Below are positions 37,761 through 47,764 of a stretch of DNA of 63,027 nucleotides, one piece after another. Both the position numbers and the translations under genes were made by a program. Source of the DNA: an uncultured Bacteroidales bacterium (GTDB lineage Bacteria > Bacteroidota > Bacteroidia > Bacteroidales > JAFGXI01). The stretch spans positions 1-63,027 of the forward strand of contig CAMZKE010000017.1 of assembly GCA_947311115.1 (NCBI GenBank), read 5' to 3'. Each line of letters starts with the position of its first letter. Position 1 is the first letter of the stretch. The notes beneath the pieces are model-generated. The model saw nothing but the letters and a program-made list of their open reading frames with translations, made no database searches and was not told where the DNA came from.

Positions 37761-39245
37761 ATGCTTAATAAAACACTAAATTCTATATTAAAATTCTCAA
37801 GCAAAGAAGCTTTTGTTATTGATAAGATTAGTTATTCGTATTCCGATTTTGGCAAAAAGATTACATCAATTATTACCGAAATTAATAAGCATAAAACCTC
37901 AGATAATCAAATAATTGGAATTATTGCTGATAATACATTTGACACTTTTGCAAGTATCTATGCCGCATGGTTTTCAGGTTGTGCATTTGTTCCGCTAAGC
38001 GTAAATACGCCAATAGAACGCAATATAAACATTGCAAAACAGCTAAATTTAAAACTTATTATTGATACCAATGGCAAAACTAATATTAATAATATTCAAA
38101 CAATTAATTCAACTAAATTAACTACCGACAAAATTAGCATCTCAACTCCCACCCACAAACCTAATAATTTGAGTTATATACTATTTACATCAGGAAGTAC
38201 CGGAGTTCCAAAAGGAGTTCCAATATCTGTTAAAAATATTAATTCATACTTCAATAACTTCTTTAAAATTGGCTATAATATTGATGAAACAGATAGATTT
38301 ATTCAATCTTTTGAATTAACTTTTGATTACTCTATAACATCGTACATAATACCTTTATCGATAGGTGCAACACTTTATACACCAAAGAAAAAAGGTGTGA
38401 AATATTTGAATATAATAAAATGTATTATCAATAATAAAATTACATTCATAAATACAGTACCATCATCGATAAATTTATTGGCAAAGCAATTCAATAATAT
38501 TAATTTAACTTTTGTAAAATATATGATTTTTGCAGCTGAAGCAGCTAGCGAAACAATTATTAATAAATGGCAAAACTGCATACCAAACGCCGATATATAC
38601 AACTGCTATGGTACTACAGAAACAACTATTATAACAACTATTTATAAATGGAAACGAAATCATTTAAACCAATCGTATAATGACAACATATCAATTGGTA
38701 AGCCATACGGTGATAACGAAATACTAATTATAGACAAAAACAATATACCTATTTCAGACAACAGAAAAGGTGAAATATGCATAACAGGAACTCAAGTTTT
38801 TAACGGTTATTTTAAAATGCCAAAGAAAAATAAAACTTCATTTATTAATATTAAAGAAAAAAAATATTACCGAACAGGCGATATTGGATTTTACTCTGAA
38901 ACGGGTAATATAATGTATGTTGGCAGAGCCGATTCTCAAGTGCAAATACAAGGAAACAGAGTAGAGTTAGGCGAAATAAAAACTACTTTAAAGAAATTAC
39001 TTCAAAAAAATGAAATAGAAATTATTACATACAATATAAATGAAATAATGCATATTGTAGCTTTTGTTAAAAACCTACAAAAAAATACTGATTATATTAA
39101 AATTGAGATGGCAAAAATAGTTCCTCATTATATGATACCTTCATACATTATAAATATTAATGAGTTTACATATTCCACAAACGGAAAAACCGATAAACAT
39201 AAATTACAAGAGATTTTCAATAAATATTTAAGCAATGAACGATAA
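37761..39245 (+). CDS. Stand-alone adenylation (AMP-binding, NRPS A-domain/DltA-like) enzyme
   Basis: It has the A-domain cores LFTSGSTGVPKGV, YGTTE, YRTGDIG, GRADSQVQIQGNRVELGEI and NGKTDKHKL. It starts 1 nt after the upstream stop. No carrier-protein domain is present. Confidence 0.8.
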   Translation: MLNKTLNSILKFSSKEAFVIDKISYSYSDFGKKITSIITEINKHKTSDNQIIGIIADNTFDTFASIYAAWFSGCAFVPLSVNTPIERNINIAKQLNLKLIIDTNGKTNINNIQTINSTKLTTDKISISTPTHKPNNLSYILFTSGSTGVPKGVPISVKNINSYFNNFFKIGYNIDETDRFIQSFELTFDYSITSYIIPLSIGATLYTPKKKGVKYLNIIKCIINNKITFINTVPSSINLLAKQFNNINLTFVKYMIFAAEAASETIINKWQNCIPNADIYNCYGTTETTIITTIYKWKRNHLNQSYNDNISIGKPYGDNEILIIDKNNIPISDNRKGEICITGTQVFNGYFKMPKKNKTSFINIKEKKYYRTGDIGFYSETGNIMYVGRADSQVQIQGNRVELGEIKTTLKKLLQKNEIEIITYNINEIMHIVAFVKNLQKNTDYIKIEMAKIVPHYMIPSYIININEFTYSTNGKTDKHKLQEIFNKYLSNER

Positions 39246-39978
39246 ACATATAACTGATATTATTTTTATAAATTACTACGATTTTTTAGAATTATACGGT
39301 AAAATTAATGCTTGTAATTATACAGATTTAGATTTTTGTAAATCAATAACAAATAATAAAACTACTTGGCCAAATTTTTTATTTGACATTAAAATACTCA
39401 CTAAAAAAAATGTTAAGACAATAATAAAAAGTATAGAAAATAAGGAAATAGCCGATGTTCTATTAACAAACAACAATATTGCACAAAACGATAGTATTTT
39501 AATAAATAATAACTTTAAAAAAGTTGCTATATGGAATGCAATGGCATTAGATTTATCAGAATATAAGCAAACGGTAGTTGATTACAAATTAGATATAAAA
39601 ATTGTTAAATCAGAGCAACAAATAATAGATTGGATAAGTATTGTTAGGCAAGAATTAAAAATAAACTTTTCTATTAATGAAGTAATAAATCTAACTAACG
39701 AAGACAGTATTAATCTATATATCGGGTATTATAATGGCATAGCTGTTAGTACTGCTTTAACATATACAAATAAATATACAACAGGGCATTATATGATTGC
39801 CACTTTAAAAGATTACACAAAAAATGGTTTTGGATTTGAAATTATGCAGTTCTCATTAAATTATAGTAATGATAAAATAGCTGTACTTGCCTCTACGCCA
39901 CAAGGAATAAGCTTGTATACCAAATTAAATTACAGAAAAATTGACAGTTTCAATGTTTATTGGAAATTACCTAATTAA
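39235..39978 (+). CDS. GNAT-like acyltransferase (tentative)
   Basis: This 247-aa ORF overlaps the A-domain gene by 11 nt. Its C-terminal half has a GNAT motif-A-like segment (KNGFGFEIMQFSL). Confidence 0.4.
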   Translation: MNDKHITDIIFINYYDFLELYGKINACNYTDLDFCKSITNNKTTWPNFLFDIKILTKKNVKTIIKSIENKEIADVLLTNNNIAQNDSILINNNFKKVAIWNAMALDLSEYKQTVVDYKLDIKIVKSEQQIIDWISIVRQELKINFSINEVINLTNEDSINLYIGYYNGIAVSTALTYTNKYTTGHYMIATLKDYTKNGFGFEIMQFSLNYSNDKIAVLASTPQGISLYTKLNYRKIDSFNVYWKLPN

Positions 39979-39983
39979 TGTAT

Positions 39984-40012
39984 GCCTATAAAATACAAAG
40001 TACTTTATAGGC
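39984..40012. terminator. Bidirectional hairpin between convergent genes
   Basis: The perfect 9-bp stem GCCTATAAA/TTTATAGGC has an 11-nt loop. It sits between the stops at 39978 (+) and 40022 (-). Confidence 0.5.
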
Positions 40013-40021
40013 AAATACTTA

Positions 40022-40201
40022 CTACCCGTTTACTTCTTTTAATATTTTTTCAATATCTTCAACACACGAGCCACAAGCTGTACCAGCTTCGGTTTCGTCG
40101 CCAACTTCCATTACTGTTTGTAAACCTTTGTCTTTTATTGCATCAATAATTTCACCACGAGTTACTTGCATACAATTGCAAATTATTTCATTTCTATCCA
40201 T
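40022..40201 (-). CDS. Bfd-like [2Fe-2S]-binding domain protein (59 aa, absent from the ORF track)
   Basis: My translation is MDRNEIICNCMQVTRGEIIDAIKDKGLQTVMEVGDETEAGTACGSCVEDIEKILKEVNG. It has the C.C...C..C cysteine pattern of BFD-like domains, and a TATCTTTG box lies 30 nt upstream. Confidence 0.7.
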   Translation of the reverse strand: MDRNEIICNCMQVTRGEIIDAIKDKGLQTVMEVGDETEAGTACGSCVEDIEKILKEVNG

Positions 40202-40230
40202 AATTATTTATTTAGAATTGTTTTAAATAG

Positions 40231-40238
40231 CAAAGATA
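40231..40238 (-). promoter_or_regulatory. -7 promoter box (TATCTTTG) for the Bfd-like gene
   Basis: The minus strand reads TATCTTTG, 30 nt upstream of the ATG at 40201. Confidence 0.5.
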
Positions 40239-40266
40239 TTGTATTAGTTAAAATAAACAAAATATT

Positions 40267-41265
40267 TTAAGGATTATATTTTGCAGCATTTAAAATTGCT
40301 TGCAAATCATTATTAGCCATTAAGTCTTTAAGCTTTACATCAGGGTTTTGTTTCATATACTGTTTAATAATTTGCCAACCTACCCACACTCCAATTCTAC
40401 CGGGAGATTCTTTCGATAATTCAACAGTAAAAGGTGCTTCACCAATAAAATTACGAATTTCTTTATAATCAGTAACAAATAGTTTTTCATTATTTACCAA
40501 CCAAGTCCAAACTTCTTTTTCATTTTTATTACACCATTGTATTTGTTTATCTGTATATCCAATTTTTGTACTATCAGCTACATCAGGAAACATTTTATCG
40601 ATAAAATACTGTATTTTGCCCTCATAAATAATATTATTCAACAAGTTTTGCTCAACGTCAGGAAAATCTGACTTATTGTATGCTAAAGCTCTGATAATAT
40701 CGATAGGAATAAAACGTTTTTCTGCTCTGTATCTAACATAACGAGGTATTGTCATATCAATATAGTATGTACTATTTGCACCCAAATATTTATCTAAACC
40801 TATACCTATAAAGCCCTTACTTACTGTAATAGACTGGTTAAATCCTGAAATATAAGTATATATCTCAGGTATATTTTCTTTTGGAAAATAATATTTATAG
40901 TATTTTAATGCTGTTTCTATTTCTTGTTCAATATCGTTAAAATCTTTAAATCTATCAGCAACAGCTTTATCAATTTCAAATCCCTCTGTATATGAAATAA
41001 ACTCTTCAAATCGTTTTGAAAAATTCTTACTTCCGCTCGAACCCACCGATATAATTCCTGTTGTATAAACATCAATAAACTCAGGATAAGCACTCAAAAA
41101 ATCTGGCAACCAATTATCAATACTATCAACATTGTTAGCAAATAATATTGAATCGAATCTAATAATTTTAGTATCTACCTTAATATTTGAAATATCAGGA
41201 GTATTATTTTTGCAAGAATAAAATAATAAAAAACTAGTAAATGTTAATAACAATAATTTATGCAT
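40267..41265 (-). CDS. GldB-like gliding-motility lipoprotein (tentative)
   Basis: This 332-aa ORF has a lipobox LFYSC. Its size and N-terminal pattern (IKVDTKIIRFDSILF) resemble GldB as I remember it. This was not verified. Confidence 0.5.
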   Translation of the reverse strand: MHKLLLLTFTSFLLFYSCKNNTPDISNIKVDTKIIRFDSILFANNVDSIDNWLPDFLSAYPEFIDVYTTGIISVGSSGSKNFSKRFEEFISYTEGFEIDKAVADRFKDFNDIEQEIETALKYYKYYFPKENIPEIYTYISGFNQSITVSKGFIGIGLDKYLGANSTYYIDMTIPRYVRYRAEKRFIPIDIIRALAYNKSDFPDVEQNLLNNIIYEGKIQYFIDKMFPDVADSTKIGYTDKQIQWCNKNEKEVWTWLVNNEKLFVTDYKEIRNFIGEAPFTVELSKESPGRIGVWVGWQIIKQYMKQNPDVKLKDLMANNDLQAILNAAKYNP

Positions 41266-41322
41266 ATTGATTTAGATTTAAATCTTGATTAAATTTGTAC
41301 AAACTTATAAAAATATAGAACA

Positions 41323-42006
41323 ATGAAAAAGCTTTTAATAATATCAATTGCTTTAGTTTTTAGTTTTGGTGCTTTTGCACAAAAATTTTCAGGCGGATTA
41401 ATGATAGGTCCATCAATTGGATGGTTAAAATCGGACTCTAAAGACCTTACCAAAGACAAAGCTAGGTTTAGTTATACTTGGGGTGCTTTTATTGATAGAA
41501 ATTTAAACGATAATTTTGCCATTTCTACAGGTATATATATTAATGAAGTTGGTGGGAAAATAAAATACAATAACCCTACCGGTTTTGAATTTAATGATAG
41601 CACAACATTTTTTAAAGAAAGTATTGTTAAATACAAAGTTAGATATATTGAAATACCTATATCGTTAAAAGGTATGACAAACGAAATAGGTCATTTTAAA
41701 TATCACTTAAAAATTGGTTTAAGCCCTATGATTAAATGGAAAGCTAAAGCAAATATTGAAACTGTGGTAAGTGGAGTTCCATATTCACCTATAGATTTAA
41801 ATTTTACAGAAGAAGTAAATCCGTTTAACTTGGCATTTCATGTTGGTGGAGGAGCACAACTCTTGCTTGGTGGAAGCACTGCAATTATTGCAGAATTGGT
41901 TTATTACAATGGCATAACAGATATTACACCTGATAATACTGATAAAAATAATGACTATAATGTGTTATCACACCAAATAATGTTGAGAATTGGGGTTAAA
42001 TTTTAA
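41323..42006 (+). CDS. Outer-membrane beta-barrel (porin-family/OmpW-like) protein
   Basis: It has a signal peptide ending AFAQ and alternating beta-strand patterns. The C-terminus ends in aromatic F (LRIGVKF). Confidence 0.6.
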   Translation: MKKLLIISIALVFSFGAFAQKFSGGLMIGPSIGWLKSDSKDLTKDKARFSYTWGAFIDRNLNDNFAISTGIYINEVGGKIKYNNPTGFEFNDSTTFFKESIVKYKVRYIEIPISLKGMTNEIGHFKYHLKIGLSPMIKWKAKANIETVVSGVPYSPIDLNFTEEVNPFNLAFHVGGGAQLLLGGSTAIIAELVYYNGITDITPDNTDKNNDYNVLSHQIMLRIGVKF

Positions 42007-42355
42007 TTAACCCTTTTATCACCTCTATTAATTCATTCTTTTTAATTGGTTTAGGCATATATGCATCACAACCTGCAGCTTTTCCTTTTTCAATATCTGA
42101 TTGAAATGCGTAGGCTGTTTGAATTATTACCTTAATATTAGGGTACTTTTCTTTGACTATTTTAGTTAATTCGTAACCATTTTTTCCCGGTAGCCTGACG
42201 TCCATCAGTAATAAATCAGTATCGTTTTCTTCAATAGTTTTTAATAAGTCTTTACCAGATGCTAGAACTATAATATTAACATCTAACACCTTAAGCATTT
42301 CTTGTAACAACAAAGCATTTACTACTTCATCTTCAATAATAATAATTGTTTTCAT
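41996..42355 (-). CDS. Stand-alone response-regulator receiver (CheY-like)
   Basis: This 119-aa ORF has IIIEDE, LLLMDVRLPG (phospho-Asp) and the MPKP motif. Confidence 0.85.
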   Translation of the reverse strand: MKTIIIIEDEVVNALLLQEMLKVLDVNIIVLASGKDLLKTIEENDTDLLLMDVRLPGKNGYELTKIVKEKYPNIKVIIQTAYAFQSDIEKGKAAGCDAYMPKPIKKNELIEVIKGLIKI

Positions 42356-42474
42356 ATTTTCTTTGTAAAATATACTGTAAATGTATTACTTTTATCTAAT
42401 AAAAGCAATTAATAAACATAAATATGCATTTAACATAAGCTTTTAGCCATTTCGCCAACACCATAACTTGTTTA

Positions 42475-43227
42475 TTATGAAATAAATCGTTGCATTACTT
42501 CATTAAAAACATCTTTTTTCCTTCTAGAAATAGGTACTATAGAATCGTCTTTCATTTCAATATGTCCTCCATCTTTCAGCACATACTTTTTAACAAACTC
42601 TAAATTAATAAGATGTGAATTATGAGTTCTAAAAAAATTATTTTTTGATAACAATTCTTGAAATTCTTTTAGATTTTTTGAGATTAATAAAACCGGCTGG
42701 TCAACAATATAAACTTTTGAATAACTGCCCTCTCCTTCAAAACGAATAATTTTACTTATTTCGACATATTCAATACCTTCTGATGTAGATATTGATAATT
42801 TTTTATTTGTATTAACTTTAATATTTTCTAATAATGCTTGGTATTTATCTTCTGAAAAGCCTTTAGAGGATGAATTTTTTTCTACTTTATTTACGGCTTC
42901 AATTAATTCATCAATATCAATAGGTTTTAAAATATAATCAACAGCACTATACTTAAATGCTTTAATTGCCCAATTATTATATGCTGTAATAAATATTATA
43001 TCAAAATTTCGCTCAGGTAACATTTCTAATAAATCAAAGCCTGTACCTCTTGGCATTTCAATATCTAAAAAAATTAAATCAGGTTTTTTTTCAAGAATAA
43101 TATCTCTACCCTCAGTGGCAGAATTTGCTTTTCCAACAATTGATACATTAGAACAATACTCATTTATAATTAATTCTATAGAATATACGGCATCAACTTC
43201 ATCATCAATAATAACAGCTGTTAACAT
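42475..43227 (-). CDS. LytTR-family DNA-binding response regulator
   Basis: This 250-aa ORF has a receiver domain (IIDDE, LIFLDIEMP) and a C-terminal LytTR block (FFRTHNSHLINL). Confidence 0.85.
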   Translation of the reverse strand: MLTAVIIDDEVDAVYSIELIINEYCSNVSIVGKANSATEGRDIILEKKPDLIFLDIEMPRGTGFDLLEMLPERNFDIIFITAYNNWAIKAFKYSAVDYILKPIDIDELIEAVNKVEKNSSSKGFSEDKYQALLENIKVNTNKKLSISTSEGIEYVEISKIIRFEGEGSYSKVYIVDQPVLLISKNLKEFQELLSKNNFFRTHNSHLINLEFVKKYVLKDGGHIEMKDDSIVPISRRKKDVFNEVMQRFIS

Positions 43228-43344
43228 AGTAATGTTATTTTTGTTTGTTTTAAAATGCTAATTTACAATATTTTTAATTAAAATAAAAATATTTCAACAT
43301 TCGAGTAACTTAATACCTATAAAAATGAAATGATTCAAATACTA

Positions 43345-43442
43345 ATTTAATCTGTTTGGGTTTAATTCCCCGTCCCTTGGGACGTATAAAAGAATAGTTT
43401 TCCAAAACGATACCTCGTCCGCTTGCGGCGAGGAGATTCATT
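43345..43442 (-). repeat. Copy 4 of the structured repeat
   Basis: Its reverse complement differs from copy 2 at a single internal position (GGAAAACT vs GGAATACT). It starts 24 nt after the folD stop, on the same strand. Confidence 0.9.
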
Positions 43443-43466
43443 ACAAACAGTTAAATACTTTACGTG

Positions 43467-44351
43467 TTATTTTTTATAAACCTCTCCTTTGCCTGCAAGC
43501 AATGTATTTTTCATTAACGATACAATTGTCATTGGACCAACACCACCGGGAACAGGTGTAATAAATGAACATTTTGGTGCTACTTCATCAAATTTAACAT
43601 CGCCTTTTAATTTCCAACCTGATTTTGTTAGGTCAGATTTTACACGTGTAATCCCAACATCAATAACAGTTGCTCCCTCTTTAACCATATCTTCGGTAAC
43701 ATACTCAGGAATACCCAAAGCTGCTATTAAAATATCGGCTTGTTTTGTTATTTCTTTTAAGTTTTCGGTGCGACTATGACATAAAGTTACAGTACAATTT
43801 GCGTATTCGCTTTTTTGAGCCATTAAAATACTCATAGGTTTGCCAACAATATTACTTCTACCCAAAACCACGCAATGCTTTCCTTGAGTAGGTATTTTAT
43901 ATCGTTTTAAAAGCTCAACAATACCTGCAGGAGTTGCAGAAACAAACGAAGGTAAACCAATTACTAACCTACCTACATTAATTGGATGAAAACCATCTAC
44001 ATCTTTTTCCGGAGCAACTGCTTGTGTAATTTTATCTTCATCAATATGTTTTGGCAAAGGTAACTGAACAATAAATCCATCTATATCTGCATCATTATTT
44101 AAGCCATCAATAGCTTTTAACAAGTCAGCTTCCGATATTGTATTGTCAAAACGTAAAAGTGTTGATTTAAAACCAACCTCTTCACAAGATTTAACTTTAC
44201 TATTTACATAAGTTTCACTTGCACCGTCGTTACCAACTAATACAGCAGCTAAATGAGGACGCTTCCCTCCTTTTGCTATTATTTGCTTTACTTCTTCTGC
44301 AATTTCAAGTTTAATTTCTGCTGCTATTTTTTTACCTTCTATTAGTTTCAT
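43467..44351 (-). CDS. folD: Bifunctional methylenetetrahydrofolate dehydrogenase/methenyl-THF cyclohydrolase
   Basis: This 294-aa ORF has the motifs [14 protein letters not shown] and [10 protein letters not shown]. Confidence 0.92.
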   Translation of the reverse strand: MKLIEGKKIAAEIKLEIAEEVKQIIAKGGKRPHLAAVLVGNDGASETYVNSKVKSCEEVGFKSTLLRFDNTISEADLLKAIDGLNNDADIDGFIVQLPLPKHIDEDKITQAVAPEKDVDGFHPINVGRLVIGLPSFVSATPAGIVELLKRYKIPTQGKHCVVLGRSNIVGKPMSILMAQKSEYANCTVTLCHSRTENLKEITKQADILIAALGIPEYVTEDMVKEGATVIDVGITRVKSDLTKSGWKLKGDVKFDEVAPKCSFITPVPGGVGPMTIVSLMKNTLLAGKGEVYKK

Positions 44352-44417
44352 TATTTTATATTGTTCTATTGTTAAAGTGTTATATTGTTAAAGTGTTATA
44401 TTGTTAAAGTGTGGTAG
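44352..44417 (-). repeat. 16-nt tandem repeat (3 full units plus partials) in the folD leader
   Basis: The plus strand has TGTTCTATTGTTAAAG / TGTTATATTGTTAAAG / TGTTATATTGTTAAAG at 44362..44409. The minus sense gives (ATAACACTTTAACAAT)x3, ending 10 nt before the ATG. Confidence 0.9.
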
Positions 44418-44477
44418 TTTAATCGTTAAATTTATTTTATTCGTGCATTCGTGGCAGTATATTTATTTTTAATTTTT

Positions 44478-45806
44478 CTACCTACGTGGCATATTGCGCA
44501 TCATCTTTTTCATATTTTTCCCACCGGAAAGCATTTTCATCATTTTTCTTGTTTCATCGAATTGTTTAATTAATCGATTTACCTCTTGTATATTAGTTCC
44601 ACTACCTCTGGCAATGCGTTTTCTGCGACTTCCATTAATAAGACTCGGAGTGCTTCTTTCTGCCGGAGTCATTGATTGAATAATTGCCTCAATTCCTTTA
44701 AAGGCATCATCATCTATATCAACATTTTTAAGAGCTTTACCAACTCCTGGAATCATTCCTGCCAAGTCTTTAAGATTACCCATTTTTTTAATCTGATTTA
44801 TTTGCGATAAGAAATCGTTAAAATCAAATTTATTTTTAGCTATTTTCTTTTGTAATTTGCGTGCTTCTTCTTCGTCGTATTGTTCTTGGGCTTTTTCTAC
44901 AAGCGAAACAATATCGCCCATACCCAAAATACGGTCGGCCATACGCTCAGGGTGAAATACATCTAATGCATCCATTTTTTCGCCCATACCAACAAACTTA
45001 ATCGGCTTATTTACTACCGAACGTATTGAAAGTGCAGCACCACCCCGAGTATCACCATCAAGTTTTGTAAGTACAACTCCGTCAAAATCTAACCTATCGT
45101 TAAATTCTTTTGCAGTATTTACAGCATCTTGACCAGTCATTGAATCAACAACAAAAAGAATTTCATCAGGATTTACAGCATCTTTAATTGCCTTAATTTC
45201 CTTCATCATTGCCTCATCAACAGCTAAACGACCGGCTGTATCAATAATTACAATATCTTTACCATCAGCTTTTGCTTGTTTTATACCATTTTTTGCAAGT
45301 GAAACAGGGTCTTTACTTCCATCTTCGGTATAAACAGGTACTCCAACTTGGTCTCCAAGTACTTTTAATTGCTCGATAGCAGCAGGACGATAAACGTCGC
45401 CAGCAACCAACAACGGATGCTTTCCTTTTTTTGATTTTAAATATGTTGCTAGTTTTCCTGTGAAGGTTGTTTTACCAGACCCCTGCAAACCTGCAATTAA
45501 AATAATTGATGGCGATGACTTTAAATTTATATCACTTTTTGTACCTCCCATTAATTCGGCAAGTTCGTCGTGAACAATTTTTGTCATCATTTGCCCCGGT
45601 TTAACCGATTTAAGTACGTCTTGACCAAGAGCTTTATCTTTAACTCGTTGAGTAAAATCTTTTGCTATTTTATAGTTTACATCGGCATCAAGTAGTGCAC
45701 GACGAATATCTTTAACGGTTTCTGCTATATTTATATCGGTTATTCTACCTTCACCTTTTAATATTTTAAAGGATTTCTCTAGTCTATCTGATAAATTATC
45801 GAACAT
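44478..45806 (-). CDS. ffh: Signal recognition particle protein
   Basis: This 442-aa ORF has an NG domain ([20 protein letters not shown]) and a Met-rich C-terminal M domain. Confidence 0.95.
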   Translation of the reverse strand: MFDNLSDRLEKSFKILKGEGRITDINIAETVKDIRRALLDADVNYKIAKDFTQRVKDKALGQDVLKSVKPGQMMTKIVHDELAELMGGTKSDINLKSSPSIILIAGLQGSGKTTFTGKLATYLKSKKGKHPLLVAGDVYRPAAIEQLKVLGDQVGVPVYTEDGSKDPVSLAKNGIKQAKADGKDIVIIDTAGRLAVDEAMMKEIKAIKDAVNPDEILFVVDSMTGQDAVNTAKEFNDRLDFDGVVLTKLDGDTRGGAALSIRSVVNKPIKFVGMGEKMDALDVFHPERMADRILGMGDIVSLVEKAQEQYDEEEARKLQKKIAKNKFDFNDFLSQINQIKKMGNLKDLAGMIPGVGKALKNVDIDDDAFKGIEAIIQSMTPAERSTPSLINGSRRKRIARGSGTNIQEVNRLIKQFDETRKMMKMLSGGKNMKKMMRNMPRR

Positions 45807-45829
45807 ATTCTATCTATTTGTATTTTTCA

Positions 45830-45837
45830 CAAAAATA
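45830..45837 (-). promoter_or_regulatory. -7 promoter box (TATTTTTG) for ffh
   Basis: The minus strand reads TATTTTTG, 24 nt upstream of the ATG at 45806. Confidence 0.45.
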
Positions 45838-45980
45838 GCTTTTTTTTAAAAATATCACTACATATTTTTCTTTATTTTATAAGAGGAGTTATAATATCTG
45901 ATATTTATCATTAAAAACAATCTGTTTCTTTACTAAATTTGCTTTTGAACAGATAATTATAAACTAATTTAGTATTCACT

Positions 45981-46562
45981 ATGGCACAATTTATTGCACA
46001 AAACAGTAATGTTGAAGTAAACAAACAAACTGTTTTATCTATTGTTAATTCAATGGAAAAAAGTAAAGATGTAAGATTAGACATCTTAATAAGAAACGGC
46101 ATAAATCCGGAAGAAAAAGAATGGTTTAACCAACAAAAATGGTTAAATGCCTTTAAAGATATTTCTGATAAATTAGGTCAAATGAATTTATTTCTTATTG
46201 GCAAAGCAATTATTGATAACGCACAATTTCCTCCTATAAATAATTTAGAAGAAGGTCTCCGCTCAATTGATGTTGCTTATCATATGAATCACAGAATAAA
46301 CGGTAAGCCAATGTTTGACCCTACTAATGGTAAAATGACCGAAGGTATAGGACATTACAAACTTACTGAATATAACGAGAAAAATAGAATGGCTGTAATG
46401 GTGTGTAATAATCCATACCCATCAAAATTTGATGAAGGAATTATTGTTCAGGTTGTAAGAAAATTCAAGCCAATGGGTTCTAGAGAAAGTGTTACACTTG
46501 ATATTACCAAAGAAACCCGAACACAAGGAGGCGAGAGTTGTACTTTTATTATTAAATGGTAA
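45981..46562 (+). CDS. Hypothetical protein
   Basis: This 193-aa ORF is well sized and non-overlapping. I recognise no motif in it. Confidence 0.45.
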   Translation: MAQFIAQNSNVEVNKQTVLSIVNSMEKSKDVRLDILIRNGINPEEKEWFNQQKWLNAFKDISDKLGQMNLFLIGKAIIDNAQFPPINNLEEGLRSIDVAYHMNHRINGKPMFDPTNGKMTEGIGHYKLTEYNEKNRMAVMVCNNPYPSKFDEGIIVQVVRKFKPMGSRESVTLDITKETRTQGGESCTFIIKW

Positions 46563-46621
46563 TATTCATTAGTAAATAAAGCATAAATTAATCAACTAAG
46601 GAATAAATCTGTTCAACAGAT

Positions 46622-47764
46622 TTATTCCTTATTGTATATTTGTTTGTAATAAACTAAAGTGCTATTATTTAACACCCCATTATGAAAAATGTTTATAAAA
46701 TCTTGCAGTTGTAATTCGGGGTGAATAACTCCTGATTCCCAATAATCGTTTCCACCTAAATGGTTTACCCTTTTGTTGTTTATGTATATATTATTTTTTT
46801 TGTATGCCTTAAACATTTTATAACGTTCGTCTGCACCCGAAAAATCGGCATTACCCGATGCAATCCAATAATCAGCATCTTTTGCTTTTGAATAAACAGT
46901 TTCAAAACTTAATGGCTGACTAGCTTTTAAATTATTATTGTTAAAAATATATGCAGCTCCTGCATCAGTAAATAGTTGCACTAAATAACTATTAGAGCCG
47001 GCTACATACCATGTTCCTGATATTGAATTACCATTAAAAACTGTTGGTTTGTTTTTCAAGCCTTCCACTTTAGTTTTAAGTTCTAAATATTTTTTTTCAA
47101 TTTTATTGAAATATGCATCAGCAACCTCTTCCTTATTGTAAAAACAAGCAATAAATTTTATCCATTCAGCACGTGCCAAAGGCGATTGTTCTTGCCAATC
47201 TAATGAATAAATTATAGGAATACCAAGCTCCGTTAGTTTTTTAAAATTATCACTTACTTTATCCCAACCTGTTGTAAAAACAGCATTAATATTTTTGGTA
47301 ATTAGTTTTTCGGTATTTAAATTTTGCTCGTTGCCTAATTCTATAATTTTTGAATTAGATAATATTTTTTTATTGTATAAATATTTTTTTTGTCCTACGG
47401 CTTTAATTTTACTTAACAAGCCCAATTCGACAAACATACTTACCTGTGTTCCTGATAATTGCAATACATTATCTAAACTACTATTTAACATATAAAATTT
47501 ACCATTTTTGTTTGGTTTTATTAGCAAAGAATCGTTAACAATAAAATATTGCCAATAAACTGAATTATTATCCCATGGATTAAAAACTGTTATTTTTTTA
47601 TAGTTTTTGTAATAATCTACAGCAAACCATTTAGCATATTTTAATTGCAGTGAGTTTATAACAATTGTATCATTATTAGTTGTATTTATATCGTTATTTT
47701 TTGAATTTGTACAAGCAAAAAGCGATAAAAATATTAAAACACAAATAACTTTCAACATTCTCAT
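46622..47764 (-). CDS. ABC-transporter periplasmic binding lipoprotein, iron-siderophore/cobalamin (BtuF/FhuD-like) class
   Basis: This 380-aa ORF has a lipobox LFAC. The two-lobe pattern with the ...PLARAEWIKF... linker helix is typical of this class. Confidence 0.6.
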   Translation of the reverse strand: MRMLKVICVLIFLSLFACTNSKNNDINTTNNDTIVINSLQLKYAKWFAVDYYKNYKKITVFNPWDNNSVYWQYFIVNDSLLIKPNKNGKFYMLNSSLDNVLQLSGTQVSMFVELGLLSKIKAVGQKKYLYNKKILSNSKIIELGNEQNLNTEKLITKNINAVFTTGWDKVSDNFKKLTELGIPIIYSLDWQEQSPLARAEWIKFIACFYNKEEVADAYFNKIEKKYLELKTKVEGLKNKPTVFNGNSISGTWYVAGSNSYLVQLFTDAGAAYIFNNNNLKASQPLSFETVYSKAKDADYWIASGNADFSGADERYKMFKAYKKNNIYINNKRVNHLGGNDYWESGVIHPELQLQDFINIFHNGVLNNSTLVYYKQIYNKE

